NCBI GenBank assembly: GCA_001949185.1
Contig: BDGG01000005.1
Location: 993,101-1,057,100 of the forward strand
Direction of reading: 5' to 3'
Length of the DNA stretch: 64,000 nucleotides
From: Ramazzottius varieornatus
Lineage: Eukaryota > Animalia > Tardigrada
Part shown: in pieces, positions 23,701 through 39,509 of the stretch
Layout: the number at the start of each line of letters is the position of its first letter
Position numbering within the stretch: the stretch's first letter is position 1
Made by a program: the position numbers and the translations under genes
The notes under the pieces: model-generated
What the model saw: only the letters and a program-made list of their open reading frames with translations
What the model was told of the DNA's origin: nothing
The model's database searches: none

Positions 23701-24421
23701 GAACATCACTGTAATATCACAGTCATCAGACGATACTGATTCCTCATTCCCTACTCTAGTTGTCTTCGCTTTCTTTCTCGTGTTCCCGTCGACTTGTCCG
23801 TGATCTTTCGCTTTGGTCTGTCTGAGGATGGGACTTTGTCCAAGACTGACTTTCGAGATCTTTTTGAAGAAGGCGATGGGGACAGTGGTGCGTCAGCCAA
23901 ACACGTCTCCTCTCTTAATATTTCCTTCTCAACCTTCGCGGTTCGAGTGAAGCTTCGGAGTCCTGTTTTGTCAAGATCTTAGGACTCCTGTCGTTGGGAA
24001 AGTCCGCTTAATGTTCATCGTCCAAGTAGTCTAGCGATCCCTTTTTATTCGCAACTGGGAACTACTTCGTGGGCTGGATCATCACCCAGTTTCGAGCCGT
24101 TTCGATATTTTGCTGGACACTTCTGTTTTTAATGCGATGCTCAAGCTGCGAGTCCGGATCAGGGAACCTTTCCTCCCTTCCCACCCCCAGCTGTGATGAG
24201 GCCATCTGAGTAACCTGCCACAGATCGTCCGAATACAGTACATGGGATTGGTCGCCGTGGTTTGTTGGTTTAGTAATAAAATGTAAACGATATTAGAATT
24301 TGTAGAATAAATACGGGACGCGAAGCCGGCTTACAGTACAGCGCTTATAATACCACATAGCGAAGCTCGGTAGTTTTGGAATAATTTTCCAACTCAAGAC
24401 ATTTGATAGGAACCTTTTGCT

Positions 24422-26028
<1,607 letters not shown>

Positions 26029-27499
26029 CTTATTGACTTGACGAACTCAAAGATCTACAGCCCAAGAAAACAGCACTTTCAAACAACCTGACATGGAACA
26101 CAGTTACTGGTATTGACAACTGCCTGGCATGTGATATAACGTCGACAAGGTGGCTCACCGCGCGATCGACTAATCGATCTTACATTGGCAAGATGGAACT
26201 GCCGATTAGGAAAGGATCATCTTCCAGATAACCCTGCTGCAGACCTCGGAAGACTGGAACAGTGGACCATAGACACTTTCCGCACTTTGAATGCATCAAA
26301 AAGTTAGGCACGCTGTGCTTCCGAACCCTATAGAGGCGGCGACTTCGTCATCACGGAACTGACCGTTACTGACGTGAACTGCTTAGAAGGTCGGTATCGA
26401 GACTTTATCGGCTGATGTTCACTTACGACTAATGTTGTTTGTCCTTTCTCGCAAAGTCCGGGTTGGCCTCAAACTGTTCACCTCAGCTAATTTTGTTCCG
26501 CAACGGTGTTGTAGTAGTCTGTCCGGCTGTTCAGTCTGGTCCGTCCTACGCCCTCCTGTACAGCTTGAAGGGGCTTGTGGGCTGAGAGCGAGGGAAAGAG
26601 GTCCCCAGAGACCTCTTCCTGGTCGGAGCCACATTTGGCCGCAATCAGTTTCGACACGGAAAATAGGATTTATCGTTAGAAGATGCAATTACGCTTTGCT
26701 ATTGTTGTGCGATTTAGTGGCAATCAACAATCCCCAGAGACCGTTGGCGGCTCTTAAGGGGGAAAATCAGGCTCTTTGGAACCCAGTATATACGCATCGT
26801 AAATAATATCCGTCAAATCATTCACGAAAGTTCTCTGCGTTAATTCGGCTAGAAATAATTAAGCATGAAAGAAACTCTACGAAAAAGGCAGTATTATAAA
26901 GCGATCATTTCTGTGGATTATTAGCTCATGAAATGGAGCATTTGATACACGATTAATAGCGAAAGATGTGGGTATGAAATGACCTGAAGTGAAGCAATTA
27001 TGGACCGGCGCATGTGATAGGCGGTAATCTGATTTCACACTTTGCAATCAATCGACTTCATTAGACATCGATATTATGTCGACTCCCAAGACAATTACTT
27101 GCTCGGCTCCCAGTAAACGATCGCTCTTGCTGAATGAACGTCTTTGTCCTCCTCTTCAACGGAGGCAAGCGGATACGACTCAGTGGGAACAGTTTGATGG
27201 CTACGCTACTGAATGTCATCACGTCGACAAAACGTCTTCTTAAATGTCCCCTTTTCCACATTTCCCTTCCATGATTATCCATCGACACTTTCGGTAAACT
27301 GCCATCTTTAACAGGTGCTGGATTGTTAGTTGTCTTTGAAGTGATTGACTGTTTCTTTACGGACCATTAGAAAAAAGGCGAAATCCGAACCAGGAAGTTA
27401 ATCCGCAGAATTCCCATTTGATCGTTGGTCGACTGGAAGTGTTCAAGTGTTTAACTGACTTGATTGTTTGATCAACGAAAAATGGGAGTGACCTCATCT

Positions 27500-27546
27500 G
27501 AGTGGCGCACGTTTTCATTGCTATTCGCTGAGAGTGTGCGCCAGCT
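27500..27546. repeat. Palindromic N25 element copy 5 (intergenic, upstream of NK1)
   Basis: gagtggcgcac-N25-gtgcgccagct. Confidence 0.8.
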
Positions 27547-28175
27547 GGAACACGGTCTGAGTAGATTAGTCTGCTGGCGTCCCAATGATTTTTCCGAAAA
27601 GTGTGGTGTATTCCCGGTAGTTAAGTAAACGAGTATGCAATTATTGGGCGGAAGAAAGAAAAGCAGTGTAATTTTCTTGAATAGATATTGACTTTTAAAG
27701 AAGGTTGCGACAAACGAGGGGCTTTTGCGGTCTGGTTTCCTCCGAGGGGAGATATTGCTCGATGACGGAGATGTCGTTACACTTGTGAAGAGAGCAATTG
27801 CTCTGGTTTGTGGTATGTTGCCCAAAGCCGGGCCTGTCAATCTGCCATGAAAAATGACTCCTAATAAGCCCATTATAGCTCCGTTTCATTTCAAACGCGC
27901 TCCTCTTTATCGCTTGAAAGCACCAGCATTCAGCTATCAAATGATGTCTCTAACGCGCAACACTCCCATCCTTCATGACATTTCCGTTTCTAATTAACTC
28001 CCGTCCGGTCCAACATACGGCACACTTGTACCAAATCTATGGCTCCATTCCTAAAACGAACGAGAGCAAACTGAGTTCACCCCACGTTGTAGTGCCACAC
28101 AACACGGCGCAAGCCGTGAAAAATTCAACCAATGGTTCGCTGAAGAAATTCGATCTCTGGAAAGTCGTTAGCCCC

Positions 28176-28221
28176 AAGTCGCGCAATTTGCTTTGTTGTC
28201 GGCTGAAAACGTGCGCGACCT
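28176..28221. repeat. Palindromic element, variant copy (N24) with compensatory change
   Basis: aagtcgcgcaa-N24-gtgcgcgacct: G>C in left box is mirrored by C>G in right box. Confidence 0.7.
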
Positions 28222-29994
28222 GAGGTGACGGTCATCCCGAGTCTGTTGCCGGCCTTTCAAATAGTTGCAAAATTCTTTTAAGGTTGGAAATACAAAGAAA
28301 TAAAACAAGCTGGCAAAGATTTTCGGGGTTTTGATGAACAGAGCCGGATTACATTTGTATCGGCATGTACGATTATGCCAAAGAATGGGAAGATTTCCGT
28401 AAATAATGCTTAATCCTCATCGAGGGCCAGATTAGTCGGTTGCAACCTGCTGTCGTCCCATCATTTAGCTAACATTCATAATATCAAACGTCCCCTTGCA
28501 CCCTTGCGGGATTGGTCGAGCATCATCAGCTTACTCCGAGTAGACGATGTTTAATTCTTTCCCCAGGTTAAAAAGAGGGGGGTGGAGGGGTTGGAGCTTC
28601 CCTCTTTTCCCTTTTTTGGTGTGAATCTCGTTTCCTATGGGAAATCTGAGACTGACACCAGCAAGACTTTTGATCAAAAGGTGTTTTTACGTGCTTTTAT
28701 CCGACTACATTGGGTGGAATGTGTTGGCGCAAGAAGAATCGTTCTCCGGTGTCTTAAACATTAAATTACGTCTGTCCTCGCTCATAAGGGATACACGAGT
28801 GCAAGTAATCAATTAAGAATTACGCAGATCTGCGTAGCTTTCCGCTTAACACCCTTATGGACACGTGCGGTGTCCACGCTTCCGTAATCTTTATCTCGTT
28901 CCCCATTGTTCGACAGCCCATGATGTGGTTCTTGAGCGAAAAACATCCAAAAGCCAGGCGCGTAGTTCGGCAAAAACCAAATTCTTTCGATGCTGAGACC
29001 ACAGATGTAACGACGTCAAAACGGAAGAAGAGGTCGCAAGTTCTGCAGTGGAAAACCGAGCAAAGGCTTGATTTCAGCTTTCAAAACCCTATTTCAGCAT
29101 ACAAATTTCGATATGGCTAGGCCGAGTTCAAGCCGTCAACCAAAAGAACTTGCGTGGGATACGTAGGCAATCAACAGATCAAAAATGAACTCAGCTTTCG
29201 ATCCGTGGACTGGTTCCTTCTGACTTATCGCGAGATTTTCACACGAGTATGTCTACATTTCATTCGAGATTAATTTATCATTCGAACTTCCTTTCCCCAA
29301 GGCGTTTTTCCGCAGCAGGACGAGCAGTGCTTCTTTAGGTATTTCGAATAATATGAAATTATTTTGTATGACTGTTCAAGAAAGATTCTGTTGTTGAAAA
29401 AACGCCGTCGTCCAAAGCTGCGCGCACGGATGGAGAATCTGGGATGGCGGAGGATGCGAGAAGGAGGTTTAATGGCGTTGGGGTTTTTCGCATAAAAGGC
29501 CGATAAGGAGTCTAAAATGCCCTGTTCGGTGATGTTATTAGCGAACGATTGGCTCAGTGAGTCGCTGATGATGCTCGACCAATCCCGCGCCTGCTCTTCA
29601 ACTTCCATCCGTAAGTACAGCAATGAGTTACAGTGGCTGGTCCATCAACAAATCATTCTCATGATCTCTTAGCAGGCTGTGCGAAAAGAGGGATGGAAGG
29701 AAGGAAGTCGGTAGCATTAATTTGAACAGTTTATCGCAAAGGACTGGATCCGAGTAGGCCGTAGACCGGAAGGCTGAACAGCGACTGTTACAGAATAGAG
29801 GAGAACGAGTGGAGGGAGGAAGGAGAAGATTTGTGGATGGTCCATTCAAATCATCATTAGAAGCTGTGATTGCCATCGTCTGTTTCGCTAAAGAGAGTTA
29901 GTATATCAATCGCTTCATCCGCAGCTTCCGAATTAGTTTACAGCGGACAAAGCAGCGAACTTTTTCTTTACTTCATTCATTTCCCTACTCCAGA

Positions 29995-32699
<2,705 letters not shown>

Positions 32700-34639
32700 G
32701 TCACGCACCGGTTATTCTAACAGTAACTGCAGCAGTATGTTCTTCCAGACTGAAGAGTGCTTTTCAAGATTATTGCTTGATGAACTCGCTCTTAGAAGTT
32801 CGTTCTGGTTTGTAAATGGTCAAGTGTGACATTACGAGAAAATCTTGACGGGTGTTGAGTTTTGGGGCTTCGGCGGTCGATGGAGGAAATAACGGTATAA
32901 CCGACACAAATGTGGCCATTTCCGCTTTGGATTGCGCCCATATGTTTGAGTTATCTTCTGACGATTGGCCAAACGAGCGACAGATTGGCTGTGCATGCAA
33001 ATATGCGGAGAATGGAATAATTGCTAGTAGTTAACAGGGTCCCTTTTGGTAAATGGTGCGGAAGCGCCAGCGCAAGTGTCACTTTCTTGATCGAGTTATT
33101 TGTAGGTTAGAGATCGCTACAAGGCCTGAAGGAGCGCGCTTGTGACTCCCAGAGGGATCCATTCACTGCGGTCAATTAAGACACCCTAATGAAGAGCACT
33201 TGATGACATGGTACTTAAACAGACCAAAGTGTCACTCTGGACTAGCTCTAAACACCATTCAAACTTGTTTACGACACGAAACTGCCGCGGACTTTCGACG
33301 AACCCGGATGGCCCATTGTCCAGGTCGCCGTTACTCGTACACTGAAACTACATGGTAAGCACCAAAACGCCGTTCTTTTGTTCAATTTCCACGTATTAAT
33401 GCTTTCAACGTTTCTTATTATTTGGATGTTCATTTAAAATAAACGGTAAGGTTCTCCCTGGAGTACTGCAACCTTTATTTTTACTGTAGCAAATCGAATA
33501 AATTGTGAATACCTTAAGATTCCTTCCTTTGTCCAGACCATTGATAGCCAAATTATACTCGGGGAGGCAGCTCAAAAAGAATTTTGATAAAGTTCGAAAG
33601 AGAAGAATGCCACGAGGTCTTCAATTAGTGCTGTTTTTTCTGTCGTTCATCAGCAATATTTTGCGGGCGCCGTTGCTAATCTTCACCAGCGTCATCGCCA
33701 AATAACTGGCCAAGTGTGGGCAGTTATTAATCATTTACACGTCTATTTTCAATAGGCATGTTTACTCGGCAGAAATGGCGTAAGGGAAAATGTCGCTCTT
33801 GCGCATGTACTGTCTATTTACGCATGAGAGAAAATGCTATGAGTGAAATCAACGCTGCTGCGAGGATGGGTTCTTGGCACTGAAGTGACAGCACGCACAA
33901 AATGGAACAAGGATTTAGCAGACTCCTTTTGCTAAGATCAAGCGCTTCAGTTCCGGACGAACGACGATAAGCGTCTGTGAATCTCGACACCTCCCTGATT
34001 GCTCTAATTAGCATTTTCCATAAAGCTCATATGCAGCCATCCTCATTACGCAGCCGTCAATCAACGTCCTTTTTCTCTTCTTGGCTACTGCACAGTTGGT
34101 CGCACTCACATATGCATGTCCATCTTACCATTTCCTCTCAAGACTTCTCCAGGCATCCTCAGATGTCAGAACTAGACCATGAATCAACAAAATCCGCCCA
34201 TGATTCGGAAGCATCAAGCCTTGGGTCTCCAAGTCCAGTGGCACACACAGCAAAGCGGAAATACTCTTTCGTACAAACCTACGCATGCATAAAAGCTTTG
34301 ACATTTTTGTGGTTTTCGAAATTTTACTACAATGTGGCATGGAGAAACTCGACAATTTTCGATAAAGATATTAAAGAATAAGAACTAGAGAGACATGACA
34401 TAAAGTGAGATGGCGACACCGAGATTACAACACAGATTGAGGACGTGTCACTTACTTGTACATTGACTAGTACTCGAAGGAACACTGAAACAGGAACCGA
34501 AGCATCAATGGAAAAAGACATCACATGACGAGAATAAAAAAGGACGAGAACTTAAATTACCACAAGGAACGTATTATAGTAGAATACCCGACAGCTGTGC
34601 CTCGTTGGACCAAGGAATTTTCGGCGAAGGTGCAAGGCT

Positions 34640-36358
34640 TCATTTGGTCTTCCGGCCCGCGGTGATGTCGGTGCGGCTGGTGATAAGTCGAGTCTTCAGG
34701 TTACCTGAAAGGAGACCAACGGACTGAGCTGTAGACAATGCCCAGAAGATTTGGAAGGTTGATGGTACTGTATCAGCTTACCGATTAAGTCTCCAGCCGC
34801 CTTCAGCGCTCCTGCCTTGTGCATGCCCGGAGCCAGCAGCAAGAAAGTGGTCAACAGGTGTAAGAAGACCGTGTTGTTCACTTTAGCGAAGAACCAAGCG
34901 ATGGATAGGAAGATGAGTGCCAAGCCCATGCTGGTGGCTCGAGGCATGTCCTTTCGTAAGGTCTGACCAAAGACCCACAAGTAGGTGAAGTAGTTCTGCA
35001 CAGCCAAGATCCAGTTGCAGGCCTCGTCCAAGCGCTTATCATCCGAAGTACTCCTGCAAAACAATTCCTATATGGGACCGAGGTAAATGAACTCAGCAAG
35101 ACGCACGCTCTTGATCAAAACACCGTAAACGTGCGCCACATGGAAAACGTCTTCCCGGAAGCAACGAAAGAAACCTGAACGAACTTACCATTGTTCAGTG
35201 TTGATCAAGGCCGGTGCGACGAGAGGAATAGCGAAGTCAGCAGCGGTCACGAGGATGCCAACGAGAGAGAAGAGTGACAGGATGGACAGGTTCATTGACC
35301 AGATCGTCACGAAGACCACAGTGTTGGTTCCGATGAGGACAGCCGGGTGCCACGGTCGTTTCCAGTGTAGAACGTCCATCAGCATGACCACCAGTGGACG
35401 CCAGGCCACCAAGTAGTTCTTCAAATCTTTATGCTTGTCCGCAAAGCTCTTTCGAGCAGGCTGTTTGGCCGGGGTCTGGATCTGCGCCGAGAAAGTATCG
35501 CTGCCACCGGGCAGGGTACTGGCTTCGAACACGTCCGTGCTGGATGTTATGTTCAGGCCGGGACGTTCCGAGAACGCAAAGCTGACGTTGTTTCCGTTAT
35601 AGAACGTGTCGTCGTTAGGGTTGAAGTTGTTTGCCGGAATGTCGGCAGGCGCTATGAAGGAAAACAGAACTCAAATAGGAGCAATGAATCAAGCCAATCA
35701 ACAACAGCAAAGTCCGAATTTTACTAATTGGTCCGAAGACAGACCCAGTGCGCAGGTGTGCACTGTGCACCGGGTCAAGAGACACGAGAACGTCCGCGCT
35801 ATATGCACAGCGCAAAGAAATGCTCAGTGGCCACCGCCTACTGCATGCACCAAATGGCTCTGAATACTAACCAGACGGAAAGCGACGACTGTTGTCCTCC
35901 TCGAAGCTTCCTCCACTGCTTCCCTTTGCGTTCTGATTTCCACTGTCGGAGGGCATGTCGTCTCGAACTCTGGTGGTGGTCTGACTTTCAAAGCGAGATG
36001 TTTCACCAGCTGATCTGCCGTCGTCAGAGCCTCCACGAGCGTCGACGCTGTCATGCACTTCCGTCACCGAGCCTCGTCGTCCTCCAGCCACAGTTGGACT
36101 TCCGGAAGTTCCCTGTGGATGAGCGTGGGGGTAAGTGTCGATCTCAAACTTTGGCGTGTCCGTCTTGTGAGGCACCAGCACTTCAGAAGGCGCGCCGTTG
36201 TCGAACAGAGTGGAATCCAGAAGATGACGTCCAGTTGGAGTAAATACAGCACCTTCATTCTGAGATCCAGCTGGATGGGAGCTGCCAACGAAGGTACTGT
36301 CGATGAGCTTCTCATCCATACCGTAGTCCTTTGACAAGCTGAATCGAGCTTCAGCCAT
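34640..36358 (-). CDS. ARL6IP1: ARL6IP1-like ER-shaping protein with long N-terminal extension; exons ~36358-35873, 35652-35189, 35054-34782, 34704-34640
   Basis: VLHWKRPWHPAVLIG...ADFAIPLVAPALI...W|STSDDKRLDEAC and NNTVFLHLLTTFLLLAPG resemble ARL6IP1; C-terminus RKTK resembles a dilysine ER signal. Confidence 0.8.
35096..35141. repeat. Palindromic element, degenerate copy (N24; ARL6IP1 intron)
   Basis: acgcac-N24-gtgcgccacat. Confidence 0.6.
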
Positions 36359-37036
36359 CCTGGAAGGAAAACAAGGTAGAAGAAAGTAGAACAGTCTTAT
36401 ATAGCACACCCCGAACTCTGACGGAAGCATCATTTCGTGACATTAAATTTTTGAAGTTAACCACTTACCTTGTAACTCAAGCGACGTGCTCTTTTAGAGT
36501 ACCACGAAGATATCAAGTTAGATGAGTACCTATGCCGGAATGGAACACCTCAGATCTTGATAGCTGTCAGGGTCAGACTGAAATAGTCAGAACACCAACG
36601 GGATGACTTCGCTGTTAAAGCTGAAGAAATGGCCCGTCTTATCTACCTATCAAAATTAATCAAACGGCAACAGCCAACAGGCAACAGCCGAAAGGCGGAG
36701 CTGGTGAAGGGACAACTGAAGAGAAAGCGAAAAATTCCCAAACAAACGTGACGCATTACGTGGCGTCATGCGCTGCAGGATTAAATTTTCTAGAAGATTC
36801 ATACAGTATACGAGCTGTTTTGGACGTTTTTCACGGGTTTTGCGATCAGTTTCGGGGACGTCGAGACGGAGTATTCTTAGCCGTTGTGTTCTCACGAGAC
36901 ATGAGTTGTTGTGTCTTGTGGATGCTTGGGAAGAAAGACGGAAGTCTAGCGGATCGGCAGAAGCTTAGCTCCGCTGCTCCAGCCTCCCGCTCATCGGCAG
37001 GCCGAAGGAAAGACACAGATGGAAAGGATCAAGCAC

Positions 37037-37352
37037 CGCAAGAAATTTCGCCTGGACAGCTTCGCCGATTTCGTGACGCTGACTGCCGAATAGGGTACAG
37101 GAAACCGCAACATGGAAATACGACGTGCGTGCAGACGCTAGAATGCTGACAGTATACAGGCTGACAGACAAAGAAGGAAACGCCATAATAACCGAGTGCT
37201 TACGCCTCGAACTCTGTTCTGTTCCTCCCGACAAACACGAATCATCCTTACAATACTTCGCTCCTACCTACCGCTCCCGCGGACAGAAGGTTGAGTCACC
37301 GGTTGTTCGGAATGTGATTGGAAAGCGTATTCTAACATCCCCCGCCGAGCTG
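37037..37352 (+). pseudogene. Isolated relic of the middle domain of the Myb-BEN family
   Basis: FADFVTLTAE* then frameshift to WKYDVRADARMLTVYRL...IITECLRLE...PTYRSRGQKV...ILTSPAEL, matching FADFV...WKYDVRKEDRILTVYRL...LTSPLDL. Confidence 0.8.
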
Positions 37353-37608
37353 CGATCAACACGACCGAAAATGTTTCCAGCGTAGCGATACTCAGACAGG
37401 TTTTTACCCATCGAAACATCCACGCACATATAGTGTAGTGGTTCCGTGAAGGAACATTCTTCTCTTTTTCTCTTCGTTTCTTCTCAACTCCCGAAATGCT
37501 TTTTTTTCTGCCAATTGCTTCTCGTTTTTGGGAAGTTTTGTGTACTAATTTGGGAATCGAATTGCGTTGATGGAAACCCCACTAAAGGCTCTCCGTCGAA
37601 GTCTGTAT

Positions 37609-37837
37609 TCAGGCCGAGCGAAGCCAGGCCCTTTTAAGTCTGTCGAGATTTTAATGGACGATCAGATTCTTCGAGCTTTCAGATATCGCAAACACAGTAC
37701 TGAAAAAAGACACGCCACTTGATCGGGGCGATTAAAAATTTTACTGGGGAACCGTACTGTAAGTCACAAGTAAAAGTGCTCGCTCTATGGTTTGCCTCCT
37801 TTGCTCGGCCTTTCCAGTGGTCAGAACCACTAGCTAG
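37609..37837 (+). mobile_element. Non-autonomous Helitron-like element copy 1 (229 bp)
   Basis: 5' TC, 3' hairpin GTGGT-caga-ACCAC then CTAG|T; near-identical to 54318-54547. Confidence 0.75.
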
Positions 37838-38264
37838 TAAACTTATAGTATCCGTGACAGAACTGCATGAAAAACCGCACAGTTGCCGACAAATAAACCC
37901 TCCGGAAATGGATACATCATAAACTGAACGCCGAAAGTTCGCCAAGTTCGTCCCTCATACTCACGCTTGTGCTCAGGCACCCTTTCTCGCTACCGAACGC
38001 AGGCTTTCTGACAGTAGCAGCGAAAGGTCTTTATACGGATACATCCACAGAGAACTGCTGTCGATACAAGGCACGAAACTCCTCAAAGGTAAATATCTCA
38101 TCTCTGACCGGGCCATAGGAAACCTGAACGCTGCTCGTCGACGGAAATTGGATATGGCCAAAAACTGACCCCAGGATATCCCTCAGTGTACCACGGGGCA
38201 GGCCCTTTGATTCCTCTGCAGCCTGCTTTCGTTCAGCCCACCTAAACTAAAAATCCAAAATCGT

Positions 38265-38850
38265 CTAGAAAATCGTGCCCATAAACGAGGAACCTATTAC
38301 AGCCCTTAATACATAGGCGTGGGCAACTTGATAAAGGAGGATCTCGTTCTTCGGTTTGAAGCTCATCTCAGTTTGCTTGACAGTTTCTAGCAACATGTCG
38401 TAGCTGACGGTGTCCATTTCTTCCAGAGGAGATTCAACCGAGCGGCTCATTAGATCAGCCGACACTCGTGAAGCGGATCGCACAATTCCATGTTCAGCTA
38501 GTTCTCTCCCTATAATTGGCATTTAGGTAGACAGTCGCTGCACGATTATTGGAAACCATCCGTATTAAAGCACTTTTTTACCTTGGTAACGATGAACGGT
38601 AGCCTTTCACTGTCGAAGTCTAACTTCCGCACAGAGTTCAGAACAAAGTGCTCAGCGCACTTCAGCACGTCCATGACATTGAGCCACTCCATGTCGAATG
38701 TCCGGTTACTGTACAGAAACTGGAGAACGACTGGTAAAACTTCGGCAGAGTATTTCGGGATAGTTAATGCGATCTCTGCAGATTTCACGTTCGGTCCGTA
38801 GAACATGACGCAGCAGACTTTACTTCCGATTGCCGGGATCAGTCTAAAGA
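38265..38850 (-). pseudogene. BTB/POZ(-BACK-like) domain gene relic
   Basis: MFYGP...IPKYSAEVLPVVLQFLYS...WLNVMDVLKCAEHFVL is BTB-like; downstream LEEMDTVSYDMLLETVK...KNEILLY is BACK-like but in a different ORF, with stops and frame breaks. Confidence 0.65.
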
Positions 38851-39509
38851 AAAACGAAGTTAGAACTGTTTTAAGATCATGCTTTGACCGGACTACATTT
38901 GAACCTAGCGTACTCGATTATGGGCCGGGACTTTCTCAAGCGCACGTTCTTCGTTCGGAGCACGAATGATTTCACCTGGAATAGATAGGTTCTCCAGAAG
39001 AAATTCGTCCCGCATCCGCGACTTCCTCGCTTTCCCCTATCATCCTCGATCGACGTTCCTCATATTCTGCGGGTCCGACTAATGACAACCGAGCGCTGGT
39101 TGCATGTATCTGGTTCAGTGTTCGAGAGGAACAACTGAAATCGAAATACTGGAGGAACTGGAAGTGACCGGAAGGGAATTTCAGTTTTCAACAAGATTCC
39201 TTTTGTTTATTACCGCGGTATTCAACAGCGACATTGCGCTTTGCCTGACCAGCTGTGCCTAATTAACGAGAGACCACGACTCTGCTCTTGTTGATTGATT
39301 GCATGATTGGTGGTCACAACGGGCATGAAGCGCAATTCCCATGATAACTGAGTGACGTATTGCGCAATGGCACCCAAAACTTATCACCAGCTGAAGGAGA
39401 ACGGTTTTCTTTGCAGTGTGCACCTGACCCGGGTACGGTCATTGTTCGATGAACGTACTCCATAATCTGCCGACAGGACTAGCAGGAAAAGCCAGTGCGC
39501 TCATGCATT

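Noticed and set aside
26419-29876. Multiple 60-130 aa ORFs upstream of NK1
   Set aside because: No motifs or splice support; consistent with non-coding DNA
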